DNA of 64,000 bases from assembly GCF_018350175.1 (NCBI RefSeq), contig NC_058369.1, positions 21,206,001 through 21,270,000 on the forward strand, written 5' to 3'. The DNA is from Felis catus (taxonomy: Eukaryota). A program made the translations under genes and the position numbers. This document shows, piece by piece, positions 1 through 11,982 of this stretch (its first letter is position 1; each line of letters opens with the position of its first letter). The notes under the pieces were generated by a model that saw only the letters and a list, made by a program, of their open reading frames with translations, ran no database searches and was not told the DNA's origin.

Positions 1-288
1 AGCTAAAGGGAGTTCATCATGTGAGGTGGGCAGGGAGATTTCTGGGCTGAGAATTGAGTAAATGGTAAGAGAAGAAAAAAAAAGTTCACAAGAGGAATTT
101 AAAGAAGCATGGCTAGAGACGAAAGCAGGGCAAGGGTGTGCAAGGAAGCTGGGGAAGTTAACAGGATTGCAGGGTGTGGAGGGGGGGGTTGATGATGACG
201 TGTCTCTTCATCCTAAAGAGTGATGAATTTCCACTTGCTCCAAATCTCTCCGACCCAACTACATCTTCGCTGCTTCAGTAACACTCAC

Positions 289-434
289 CTGCCCACACGT
301 GGGCGCACCAAGCCATGGGACTTGATGAAGACACAGTCACCAACCTTCAGCCACATGTCATTGTAACGGAGCTGCTCAAAGTAGTGGCAACCTGGCTCAC
401 CGTTTGACATTTCCACAGGGACATCTTCTTTCTC
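289..434 (-). CDS. PBRM1: PBRM1 exon, 146 nt, start of BAH2 (EKEDVPVEMSNGEPGCHYFEQLRYNDMWLKVGDCVFIKSHGLVRPRVG)
   Basis: Manual translation; acceptor CAG at 435-437, donor GTGAGT at 288-283. Confidence 0.95.
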
Positions 435-939
435 CTGTGGTAAAGGAAACTGGTTGAAGAGAGGCAGCTCACAATCAAGGAGTAGACAGAGAAGGTAAGA
501 AAGGAAAGTTGACTTTCCATCATATTAACTTAGAAGACAAAAATAACCATAAATAGAAGTTTTGATGAAGACCAGAAACCAAAAGATTAGGGCACTGAAA
601 CCAAACTAAGTCTTCTCAAATAATGCATTTATTTTAAATTTCTAGTTAAGTTTCACAAAATGTTACTCCAAGATGCTTTTATTCCCCTAGTCCAGTGCAA
701 AAAGAGCACCGGAGAGGACTTAGCAGCATTCAGGAGCAGCCTCACTCATGCGTTGCCATGGAGGATAAGGAGCAAATACTGCATAAGCTTCCTCTTCACC
801 ACATTTACTGAGCTCTCAATGTCTTAGCATTAACAGCTGATAGATTTAAAATGATCATTTTGCTTTATTCTAGCATGGAAAGGAATAGTATAGCCTCTGT
901 GATACAAACACATACTCTCAATTTTTTAATAAATTACAA

Positions 940-1130
940 GGTCTGTCACCTACTGGCTACTGTGACATTAGGCAAATTACTTGACCTCTTAGGCCTTAGT
1001 TTCCTCATCTGGAAAATGAAGACAGTGTGCCTATTACATGGATTGTTAGGAAGCTTTAAGGATATTCTCCCCATTAACTACACAGAGCAATGCCTGACTT
1101 ATGAAAAGCGCTTTAACAAACATTATTATT
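940..1130 (+). mobile_element. MIR SINE remnant
   Basis: Core motif tgtgacattaggcaaattacttgacctct..ccttagtttcctcatctggaaaatg. Confidence 0.7.
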
Positions 1131-1519
1131 GTTTTATAGTGTTGGCAGAAAAGGGGAAAAAAAGAAAAACAAGTTCTGATCTGATGCAGATAGTGGGCAC
1201 AGCACGAGGTGTTGTAAACATATTAATTTCAAAACATATAAAAGCTCCTCGAGGAAACCCCAGAACCCCCAAGTTTTCTACTGCACCTCCCCGAGAGTAT
1301 CTGAAACTTCAAACAAAAATCTCTCTTTCAGAAGGTCCAAACGGTTTGCTTCTTTCTTCACGACTATAAATGTGCAATCTAAATACTCCTCCTGGAAAAC
1401 CCTTAAGAATGAGATGAGATGGATGAGGGACACCTGCAGGAAAGGGAGCTATAAAGTGACCCCTGAGAGTAAGAATAACTTTTTCTTTCAGGAATGGTCT
1501 GTTCTGAAGTTCTTTTCTT

Positions 1520-1605
1520 TTTTTTTTTTGTAAAGTCATCTTCCCGCCCAATGTGGGGCTTGACCTCACAATCCTAAGACTGAGAGCTGCATGCTCTACC
1601 TGCTG
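1520..1605 (-). mobile_element. Short Can-SINE (tRNA-Lys-like head only, no CT tract)
   Basis: cccaatgtggggcttgacctcacaatcctaagactgagagctgcatgctctac with T-tail on +. Confidence 0.7.
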
Positions 1606-3337
1606 AAGGTATTCTTTTAAAAAGTTCCAGGAATGACCTGTTTTGGCCAGGCAGCATTAAAATAGATAGGTGACAAGAACAGGAAAAAAAAAAAAATGTG
1701 TGCACAGAGAGGACCCTGGGGACTTATGAATTCTAAGAAAAAATTGCTAACTTGGACATAAATTTAAAAATTAATTAATTTAAAAAAAAAAGAAAAAGAA
1801 GAAATCTATGTTATTCCCACACTGGCTTCCTTTGGTATTTCTTATTCTTTCATAATTAACGTCTCTACAATTCCCAGACATACTGGTAAAGTGTAAAAAA
1901 TATCATGTTCCTTCCCAGGCTCCCTTTCTCTTGTAAAACTGTTAGGACACTGAAATGGACTCAAAGAATTCAATATTTTCCAGTTTTTATGTTAACAATA
2001 TAAAAGTTTTATCTTTCTTGATTATATAAAAGAAGTACATTCATTGGCAACAAGTCAACATTACAGCATGTAAAACTTAAAAACAATCTTCTGTGATCCA
2101 ACTCCAGAGATAAGCACCTAGTTTAGCACACAGCAGTGTTACATGCTGTTTTCATTTTCTCATTCATGTATGTAAATACACATTTTTCTTTGTTTTGAAT
2201 AATGATGGAACTGCATCCCATTCTGCTGCCTGTTAATCATGAACATCCTCCTACCACAGGACTTGGAAAATTTTCCACGTGACATATTATAAACCTACTT
2301 CACTGCTTTCACTGGCCGTACAGCTGGCATGCTATGGATGTATGACAACTTACTCAATTCCTATTCATGGTATTTGACTTTGGCCAAGGGTTTTGCTTTA
2401 CAGGTAACACTGATGTCACTCCTTGTAGACAAACCTTTGGTGCGCCTGAGTACTGAGTTGGAACACATTCCCTGGCATCAAACTGTAGGGTCAAAGGGAA
2501 TGCCATGGATGGGAGAGAAGTGTGCTGCCCACACCCACATCAGGTGTGCCCAGTATTAGCAGTCTTTAGAACTCCTGCTAATCTGCCAGGCATTTAAAAA
2601 CATTTTACCTTTTTGGCTGTCTTCCCTCTTACAAATCATCTATTTGGTCCTTTGCCTATTTTTCTAGTGTAGCTTTTTTCCTAGGTTTCCAAGAGCTCAT
2701 TGTGTTAAAAATGGCAGTCCTTAGACTCTTTTATTAAACTAACAGATATTTTCCATTGTACACTGATAAAACGCCCCCCCCCCTTTTATGGATACTGGAT
2801 TTTATATCATGTATAGAATGGACCCATTCCAAGCTTATAAATACATACATACATAAAAGAATATAGGTAAATAATAGTAAATATGCTTATGTTAGCAACT
2901 AGTAGTCTGTTTTTTTATCTTTTTGGAATATCAAGAGAGAATTCAGGTGGGTTTTTTCCTTTCTTCTTCTTTTTCTTTTATTTTCAAATGGCTACCAACC
3001 AGTTTTTCCAGTATCATTTGATTCCATCCTCTCCTGCTGATTTAAAATCCTACCTTTATATTCTAGATTTTAGTTGTGAAAAGCCTATTCCTTCCATTGA
3101 CTGGTCCTGAGCTACTATCCCAATTTTTTAAAAATGTTGTTTTATAAAATACAATAATATTTAGCAGGGCAAAGCACTTTGATTACTTTTCTCCCTTCTT
3201 TTCCTGGTAACTAACATGTTTACCCCTTCATTAAGAATGCCAGCATAATTCTGTCAGGTTCCAAAAACAAGTCTTTCATGTCCATAGACTGTTTCTCTTC
3301 CCATAGGTTCCATACATTCCTTTTAAGGTTATTTCTT

Positions 3338-3549
3338 TTTTGTTGTTGTTTGTTTGTTTGTTTAGAGAGAGACAGAGAGACAGAGAGACAGAGTGGAGTG
3401 GGGAGGGGCAGAGAGAGAATCCCAAGCAGGCTTCCCACTGTCAGCACAGAGCCTGATATGGGGCTTGAACTCACAAACCGTGAGATCATGACCCGAGCCG
3501 AAATCAAGAGTCAGACACTTACCCAACTGAGCCACCCAGCAGCGCCCCC
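3338..3549 (-). mobile_element. Can-SINE
   Basis: tRNA head, (GA)n tract, TSD aagRttatttctt. Confidence 0.9.
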
Positions 3550-4614
3550 AAGATTATTTCTTAATGTATCTTGTTGTTAAGATGAATCAGATATTTTCTT
3601 CTACATGACTTTCCTAACAGCTGCTAAAGTGTATTCAACATTTTTATCTTACTTTCAAAAGTCTTGTGAATTACTGTTTTGTTTATATAAGAAAGCTATT
3701 GACTTGTATATGGACTCTGAAATTCCTATTTGTTGAATTCTTGGTTTTCAAAACTTTAATTTCTCCCCCATTATCTGCAAAAAAAAGTTTTGCCTCTTTA
3801 TTGTCAATATTTTTACTATTTTGTTTGTCTTCATTGGCTACTTTCAGAAAAATAAAGATAATAGTAGAGCAAGCACGTTTAGGTGTGAGAAACAAATATA
3901 ATTTTAAAAAATCACTTTGAGGAAATATCCATCTAAAGACTTAAATAAATGAAGCAGTTACTGTACTTTATCAAATAATTTCTCCTTAGATCTATTAATG
4001 CAATGAAATGTTTTACTGAATTTTCCTAATTTTGACCAATCCTTGCATTTGTAGAATGAACTTCCACCTACTTGGTCATATTGTTCTTAAATAACTAATT
4101 TGATTTCATTTATAAAAATATATTTTCTCCGAGTATTTTTTGCATTAACATTCGTAAGTTAGACTGAACTATAGCTTTTCCAGTTTTATTTTGTCAGGCT
4201 TTGAAATCAAGATTATTCTGGTTTTGTAAAATAACTGGGAAGTTTTGTTTTCTATGCTCTGAAAGAATTTAAACCATAGTATAATTATAGGTCTCTTAAA
4301 GGGTTAAAAGAACTCACCTACAGAATTATCTGATCTGAGTACTCTGTGATTAGCTCTCAAGACATTAAAAAAAATTTCTTCTTGTTGTTGTCCACTTACG
4401 TGTTACACCTCTTCTTGATGCCACTTTAGTGATTTATATTGTCCTAGGAAATTATTCATTTTATTCAGGATTTCAATTTATTAACAAAATTTACAAGTCT
4501 TTAAATTTCTTCCACATTTATATGTATGAGTTTAATTCTCTTCTTTTTTTTATTAGGAGAGTTGGTCATTTATTTCACTGGACTTGTCAAATGATTAGCA
4601 CTTGGATTCACTTC

Positions 4615-4934
4615 TTTCTTTATTATTTGAGAGAGGGAGGGAGAGGGAGAGAGGACGTGAGCGCATGCATGCATGTAAGCCAGCAGGAGAGAGGGGAAAA
4701 GGAGGAGAAACCGAATCTCAAGCAGGCTCCGTGCTTAGTGTGGAGCCTGACACGGGGCTCAATCCCATGACCCTGAGACCACGACACGAGCTGAAATCAA
4801 GTCAATCGACTGAGCCACCCAGGCGCTCCTATTTAATTTTTTTTAAAGTAGGATGCATGCCCAACGGGGGACTTAAACTAATGACCCTGAGATCAAGAGT
4901 CTCATGCTCTACTCACTGAACCAGTAGGTGCCCC
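4615..4934 (-). mobile_element. Can-SINE (4615-4829) followed by short Can-SINE (4835-4934)
   Basis: Two tRNA-derived heads in tandem. Confidence 0.8.
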
Positions 4935-5133
4935 TGGATTTACTTTTCAGTTCTACTGTTGTTTTCTAAGTATTAATTTCTGTCTCTTTTATAGTTCCCT
5001 TCTTTCTGTTTATGTAAGGTTTTATGTTGTTGCTCTTTTTCTAATTCTGATTTTGAATGCTTTATTCATTTATTTTCTGGAATAGGTATTTTGAAGTGTA
5101 AAATTCTTTTCTGTGTGGCTTTTAGCTACATAC

Positions 5134-5397
5134 CTTTTCCAAGTTAAAACTGTCTTCAGTTCGACTATCCTCTGAGTTGTCTGTGTTCTTCTCATCATCC
5201 CCTTTATCTGCATTTGCAAATACAGAGGCCACTCGGACCACAGGCAAGGGCACATCCCGAGGGACAAACCTCACTGAACTGATGGGCATGGTCCACAGTT
5301 TAATTTTCTTAAAAGATTTGGTTTTGGCAGAATACCGTGATTCACAGACAAAAACATCCTCATCTCGAAAGTTTTCTGGGCATAATTTAAAGTATTC
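5134..5397 (-). CDS. PBRM1: PBRM1 exon, 264 nt, end of BAH1 plus linker (EYFKLCPENFRDEDVFVCESRY...EDSFNLEK)
   Basis: Manual translation; CCCAG acceptor, GTATGT donor, phase 0-0. Confidence 0.95.
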
Positions 5398-5604
5398 CTG
5401 GGAGATATAATAAAATTAATAAGTTAGGTGAATATTCTGAAAACCAGTCAACCATAAAAACCAAAACCACACATCAATCAAGCAAACATACAAAAGCTAA
5501 ACTGTTAAGACTTTTTGACAGTTAACCACAAATAGTAAATGGCTAGAGATGTAGGAGCAATTTCTTGCTACAAAATAGCCTTATTAAATACACACCCTTT
5601 AGCT

Positions 5605-5827
5605 TATTTAAAAAAACTTTTTTGTAATGTTTATTTTATTTTTGACAGAGAGATACAGAGCATGAGTGGGGGAGGGGCAGAGAAAGAGAGAGACACAGAA
5701 TCCAAAGCAGGCTCCAGGCTCTGAGCTGTCAGCACAGAGCCCGATGTGGGGCTCGAACTCACAGACCGTGAGATCATGACCTGAGCCGAAGTCGGACGCT
5801 CAACCGACTGAGCCACCCAGGTGCCCC
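5605..5827 (-). mobile_element. Can-SINE (felid type)
   Basis: Consensus-like body; TSD cacaccctttagc. Confidence 0.92.
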
Positions 5828-6286
5828 CACACCCTTTAGCGTATTTAGCTTACCAACAGCCCTTTTGAAAATATATTAACATTTCATAATACAGCTATAA
5901 CGTTCTTGAAAGCTTTGGGGCAGGGGTCAATGTGCCTGTATCAGATAGATACACAAAAAGTATACTTTATTACCTAAAAGAGCATACTGACAGTTTTCAG
6001 AAAATTATCTTTCAGAAAATGTCATCCTCAAAAATTAACCTCACAGTATAAAAAAAACTTTAAGCTAACTGCATTCAACTATATGATGTAGGCAGCAAAT
6101 GGTCTTCCATCATCATGATCAGATTAATTTCTTCCCAAATCTTTTACACACAGCCAGATACAGTTTAAAAAAAAAAATCAAACGGTTTAAAACAGAGCTT
6201 CTAATTTGTAAATACTGATTTTTCCGTGTTCGTAAATTTTATTTTCATGGAATGATTTGTATTTTGGGAACTAATGAGTTTCTTAC

Positions 6287-6444
6287 CTTGACAAACATGA
6301 CCACACATTTTCCTAGAATTTTACTAACAGGAACTTTATTGTAATAGTCACTCTTAAAAACTTCTTTTTCTAGAAATTTTCGTGTAGCCAGATGGAATGT
6401 TTCATTTGGCCGATAAAACCAACAGCCATACAACCATTTTTCAC
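6287..6444 (-). CDS. PBRM1: PBRM1 exon, 158 nt long form (83 nt short form 6287-6369), BAH1 (EKWLYGCWFYRPNETFHLATRKFLEKEVFKSDYYNKVPVSKILGKCVVMFVK)
   Basis: Overlaps ORF 6245..6433; GAG acceptor at 6445-6447, in-frame internal TAG acceptor at 6370-6372, GTAAGA donor. Confidence 0.93.
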
Positions 6445-6458
6445 CTCAAAAACAAAAA

Positions 6459-6480
6459 GGGAGGGAGGGAGGGAGGGAGG

Positions 6481-6512
<32 letters not shown>

Positions 6513-6520
6513 CAGACAGA
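6459..6520. repeat. Compound microsatellite (GGGA)n(GA)n(GAGACA)n
   Basis: Read directly; abuts a PBRM1 acceptor. Confidence 0.9.
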
Positions 6521-7341
6521 ATTACCATTAACAGAAATCACACATTCTTTGCAAAACGAGCAAATTCCCTATCTATTCTCTTATGGCCCGAACCCAACGA
6601 TGTGCTTTTTAAGCCACAGGTCCTTAAAATAATTATCTTAGAAGAAATGATACTTGAAAATAATGAAGTATAAGAAGGCCTAAAAAATGCTACTCTCCCT
6701 CTCACATGAAAAGATAGGTAATATACCGGATGAGGAGGGTGATGAGAGCTGCTCCACTCTGCCGGGGCCAGGACACGGCCAGGGATGCATGCTTAAGAAA
6801 GATACCGCATACTAAAGGACGCAGTTAGCACTCAGGGCAAGGGATGCAAAGCTGAGGGAACTGGATTGCCTGGATTACATTTCTGCCTGCTTCTGGCTTC
6901 ATTAACTCCTAAGGTAAAGGCAACTCTTCTAGGACACCTTTTTTTAAATCAAATTCTAAGCCAAGGCACATGTCTCTCTATAATTTATTCTTCACTTGTG
7001 ATTTATACCAGACTGGTTTTGCCAGAAGCAAAACGTGAGCCTTTAGTTCCTGTGAGTCTCTGCCATCCTCCAGAGTTTGGCTGACTGGTTTTAATAAACA
7101 CCAGTGGAGCAAATGAATCTCAGCTTCCCTTCAAGAAGATGCATTTCTTTTGACTCAATTGTACCACTCACTGGCCCAAGAGTGCTAGATCCTATGTTTT
7201 CATATAGTGGGTGCTTACTTATATTTACTGATACACTATAGAACAACTATTGTCTGAGTGACAGTTTTCTTCCTTGAGACCCAAGGAGGAGTAAAATAGT
7301 TACATGTCACCAATCTGTCCTTTGATTTAAAACGAACTTAC

Positions 7342-7527
7342 CAGCAGAATCTTCCCACAGTCTCTCAATACAGACTATGTGTGGCTGCAGGCTGGCCTCC
7401 GCGGGCTCCACATAGACGTAATCTCCAACATGGTACATGCTGTTCTTAAAGCTGCAGTCCTGGCTGTATGTGCGGTGTAAGCCTGAGAGGCCTGCAGTGC
7501 CTGAGGAGTCTTCACTCTTTTCAGCTT
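7342..7527 (-). CDS. PBRM1: PBRM1 exon, 186 nt, start of BAH1 (AEKSEDSSGTAGLSGLHRTYSQDCSFKNSMYHVGDYVYVEPAEASLQPHIVCIERLWEDSA)
   Basis: Manual translation; AAG acceptor after a T-rich tract, GTAAGT donor. Confidence 0.95.
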
Positions 7528-8339
7528 CTTAGGTGAAAAAGAAAAAAAGGTTCCCATTCAAAGCATGTTGGAATCAGACATAGGATTCAAGCAACACATA
7601 CTACTACATTTCATTCTTTTCTAGACCTTCACGGTCTAGTGCCTTTTTGAATTATAACCGTCATTAATTTAAGTAAATCCATAAATATAGGATCTACAGA
7701 ATAAAAATAACCACCTTAATAATAAACGCTCAAGACAGTCATTCTGGATAATAATGAAAGGTATAAAGAAGAAAACAGGTAACCTGTAAATCATGTAATC
7801 CTGGAAATAATCTCATATGTACTTCCTCTTTATCTTAATGCCTCTGAAAAAATTTTCCCTAAGTTAATATATGGGTATGTCACAATTAATGGAATCTTAG
7901 AACTGAGAAAATACGAACATGCATATTATGCAATATAATGTGAACTATACATGTCTACACTAAAGACAGAACTGTGCAGTTCCCCTGAGATTAATGCTTT
8001 TCAATAGGACTTATTTTTGTTAAATAATACTTTTTAATGGCTCCCATACAAGCCATCATTTACAAATACCACAGGGTTTTTGTTTTTTAAGATAAAACTG
8101 TGCCCACATCTTTGATTACTTCTTTATGGTAATTTTCTATAAATAGGACAGCTAGAAAGAAGCATTTTAAATGTTTTTAAAATGCCTATTCCAAACCAAC
8201 CCCCCAAGTTCTGTACCAATTTAAGTCCCTCACAGTGTGGCTACAGGGTCTGTTTCTCCATTCTCACGCTCCAACATTGCTAATTTTTTAAAAGTTTTGC
8301 CAATATTGGTGGAAAATGTTATCTAGTATTCGATTAGTC

Positions 8340-9330
8340 AAATGAATCCCTGTAACATATACAAGAAATTCACAAGGTACTTGAGATTATACACCAACAA
8401 GAACATGGTCAACTGTATGGAAAAGGACAGAGTACAAAACCCCCAAATTCTAGAGACAGGAAACAGGATGATAAAACAACTCAGCTGAAAATATGAAAAA
8501 GAATGATTTAGAGGGCAGAGTCCTGAGCCATAAAAGGACTATTTCTAGGCCTTGAAACTTAATGGTTCTGCCTCGCTGGATTTCAAGATTGCTTGGAATT
8601 GAAGGCCCTTTCCCTTCCATTTCTCCCTTTCTCAATGGGAATGTCTCTTAATTATTATTCTACGCATGTTCCATCAATGTATTGTAGGAGCAAAGGACTT
8701 GTTTTTGGTTTCATAGGTCCACAGAGGGAGAGGAACTGTGTCCCAGGATGGGTCACACCCAGAGCCTCACCTATATACACCAATTTAAATGATTTAATTA
8801 AAAAAAATTTTTTTAACATTTATTTATTTTTGAGACAGAGAGAGACAGAGCATGAACAGGGAAGGGGCAGAGAGAGAGGGAGACACAGAATCTGAAACAG
8901 GCTCCAGGCTCTGAGCTGTCAGCACAGAGCCCGATGTGGGGCTCGAACTCACGGACCATGAGATCATGACCCAAGCCGAAGTCGGATGCTTAACTGACCA
9001 AGCCACCCAGGCGCCCCTTAAATGATTTAAATAATAAGATTGGAGGCTTTTAAGCTCATAAAGCTGATAACATTTAGATAAGATTTTGATACCCGCCAGC
9101 AGGGTGTTATTGCAACAAATAACTAAAAAATATGAAGCGACTTTGGAATTGGGCAATAACAGAAACTGGGAGAATTTTGAGCAGAGCAAAGGCCTCAGTT
9201 GCCTTGCATAGACTATGGTAGAGAAACGGACATTACAGACTTGGCAGTAGAAGGCTCAGGTGGAAATGAAAATGTTACTGGAAAGGGGGTCCTTGTTACA
9301 CAGTGGCAGAAAGCTTAGCAGAACTATGTC
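8340..9330 (+). mobile_element. ERVL-MaLR (MLT1-type) internal-sequence fragments
   Basis: Recalled MLT-int motifs ggccttgaaacttaatgg..catttctcccttt..ggtccacagagggagagg and gattttgatacc..gcgactttggaattgggcaat. Confidence 0.6.
8797..9017 (-). mobile_element. Can-SINE nested in the MaLR fragment
   Basis: TSD ttaaatgatttaa. Confidence 0.92.
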
Positions 9331-9479
9331 TGCAATTACTTGGATTCTGGCCTCCTGGGCTGATCTTTGGTTATCTTTCTCCTTCTTTGTTCATTTGTTG
9401 TTGTTCTACTACCTCTTGAGATTTCTTCCACTTCATCTTCTAATCCTTCTCTAAATGATTCCTTTCTGCTATTATTAAA

Positions 9480-9690
9480 AATATATATATATTTATTTAC
9501 GTATGTACGTATTTCTTTATTTTTAGGAGAGTGCAAGCAGGCGAGGGGCAGTGAGGGGGACAGAGGACCTGAAGCAGGCTCTGTGCTGACAGCAGTGAGC
9601 CTGATGTGGGGCTGGAACTCACGAACTGCAAGATCATCACCTGAGCCGAAGTCAGACGTTCAACTGACTGAACCACCTGGGGGGCTCCTC
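9480..9690 (-). mobile_element. Can-SINE
   Basis: Diverged body and head. Confidence 0.8.
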
Positions 9691-9964
9691 ATTAAAAAAA
9701 TTTTTAAACGAATCAATTTGACATATATCAATGTGTAAATTTAAGCTGTACAACCAGTTACTTCAATACACTTATATATTGTTGCCACTACAGTGACACT
9801 TACCACATTACTTAATCATAGTACAGTACTATTGGCTATATTCACTTTACTGTGCATTAGCTCTCCATGGCTATTTACCACTCCTTACAAGGTTGTACCC
9901 TTAAACACCCTCACTCTTATCGCCTCACCCCACTCTATTGTTTTTATTTAAAGGGGACCTTATT

Positions 9965-10183
9965 TAAAAAAAATTTTTTTTAAGTTTATTTATTTTTGAG
10001 AGAGAGAGAGAGAATATGCAAGCAGGGGAGGGACAAAGAGAGGGAGAGAGAGAGCATCCAAAACAGGCTCTGCACTGTCAGTACAGAGTCTGATGTGGGG
10101 CTCGAACCCAAGAACCATGAGATCATGACATGAGCTGAACTCAAGAGCCAGATGCTCAACCAACTGAGCCACCCAGGCGCCCC
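9965..10183 (-). mobile_element. Can-SINE
   Basis: Head ends ccacccaggcgcccc. Confidence 0.9.
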
Positions 10184-10216
10184 TCTGCTATCATTTTTTA
10201 AAAACGGTTTCATTGA

Positions 10217-10419
10217 GGGCGCCTGTGGCTCAGTCAGTTAAGCATCCGACTCTTGGTTTCAGTTCAGGTCATGATCTCAGGGCTTCTTCGTGAGTCTGAG
10301 CTCCATATCAGGCTCTGTGCTGGCAGTGTGGAGTCTGCTTGGGATTCTTTCTCTCTGCCCCTTCACCACTTGTGCTGTCTCTGTCTCTCTCAAAAGTAAA
10401 TAAACTTAAAAAAAAAAAA
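10217..10419 (+). mobile_element. Can-SINE
   Basis: gggcgcctgtggctcag head, A-tail, TSD gtttcattgag. Confidence 0.88.
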
Positions 10420-10430
10420 GTTTCATTGAG

Positions 10431-11440
10431 ATATAATTTACACAACATACACATACAATTCCCCTACTTCAAGTGTGTAATTCAGTTTCTTGGTATGTTA
10501 CTAATTTAAAAAAGTGTGATAATATACCACATAAAATTTGCCATTTTTTGACCATTCTTAAGCACGTATTTCAGTGGCATTAATTACATTCACAATTTTG
10601 TGCAGTCAGAACCACTTCCTATTTACAAAACTTTTCATTTCAAACAGAAACTCTGTAACCATTAAGCACATTTCTCATCCCCACCAGACCCTGGTAACCT
10701 CTATACTACTTTGTCTCTAAGAATTTGCTACTCTAAGTACCTTATGTAAGTGGAATCATACACTATTTGTCCTTTCATGTCTGGCCTATTTCAGTTAGCA
10801 TAATGTTTTCAAGGTTCATCCGTGTTGTAGCATGTCGTTATCACCATTTCATTACATTTTATGGGGGAGTAACACTCTATTGTATGTATATGTACCACAT
10901 TCATCCGTTGTTAATGGACACTTGGGTTGTATCTGCCTTTTGCCTCTTGTGAATAATGCTGTTCCGGATATTGGTATACAATTATGTGCAGGAGTCCCTG
11001 CTTCCAGTTCTTTGGGTATACACCAGGAGTGGAACTAATGGATCACATGGTAATTCAATGATTACCTTTGTAAGGAATTGCCAAACTGTTTTGCCATAAT
11101 GGCGGTATCATTTTACATTCCCACCATCAATGTATAAGGGTGCCAATTTCTCCACATCCTCAACAACACTTGCTGGTTGTTGTTTGTTTGTTTGTTTTTT
11201 ATAACAGCCATCCTAAAAAGAAGTGGTATCTCAATGCAGGTTTGATTTGCATTCTCCTAATGATTAATGATATTGAACATTCTTCATGTGATTACGGCCA
11301 TCTGTACAATTTCTTTGGAGATGGCAGGTCTATTTCCATACTTTGCCCAGTTTTGAATTGTTTTGTTACAGAATTTACATATCCTGGACATCAGACTCTT
11401 ATCAGATGTATGATTTGTGAGTATTTTCTCTCATTCTGTT
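10431..11440 (-). mobile_element. L1 (L1MA/MB-like) 3' end remnant
   Basis: gtggaatcatacactatttgtccttt, ccaaactgtttt, ttttacattcccacca motifs. Confidence 0.75.
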
Positions 11441-11564
11441 GGTTTGCCGTATTTTCAATTTCCAAGAAATTTTCTGTTCTGTGACTATTCGTTTTTATGG
11501 CCTCCTGTTTTTATTTTATGGATGCAGTAGCTTGTCATCTCTCTGAAGGTCTAAATCTTTATCA

Positions 11565-11982
11565 GTTTTTTTTAATGTTTATATATTATTTATTTATTAT
11601 TATTATTTTTAATATTTATTTATTTTTGAAAGAGATAGGGAGAGCACAAGCAAGGGAGAGGCAGAGAGGATCTGAAGCAGGCTCTGCACTGACAGCTGAG
11701 AGCCCATGTGGGGCTCAAACTCATGAACCCCGAGATCATGACCCGACCTGAAGTTGGATGCTCAACTGACAGAGCCACCCAGGTGCCCCTAAATGTTTAT
11801 TTTTGAGAGAGAGAGGGAGAGCATGAGCGGGGGAGGGCAGAGAGAGATGGGTACAGAGGATCTGAAGCAGGATCTGAGCTGACAGCTGACAGCAGACAGC
11901 CGGGCATGGGGCTCACACAAACCGTGAGATCATGACCTGAGCCGATGTGGGATGCTCAACCAACTGAGCCACCCAGGCACCC
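11565..11982 (-). mobile_element. Two tandem Can-SINEs
   Basis: Heads end at about 11789 and 11982. Confidence 0.88.

Noticed and set aside
752..764. RFX X-box-like GTTGCCATGG
   Set aside because: Second half-site does not match and there is no supporting context
851..1369. 172-aa plus-strand ORF
   Set aside because: Runs through a MIR remnant, antisense in an intron, with no recognisable domain; chance ORF
4835..4934. tRNA-Lys-like sequences (also near 1520, 27350, 44320, 54366, 59083)
   Set aside because: Diverged, with poly(A) tails and a SINE-type 3' extension; short Can-SINEs rather than functional tRNA genes
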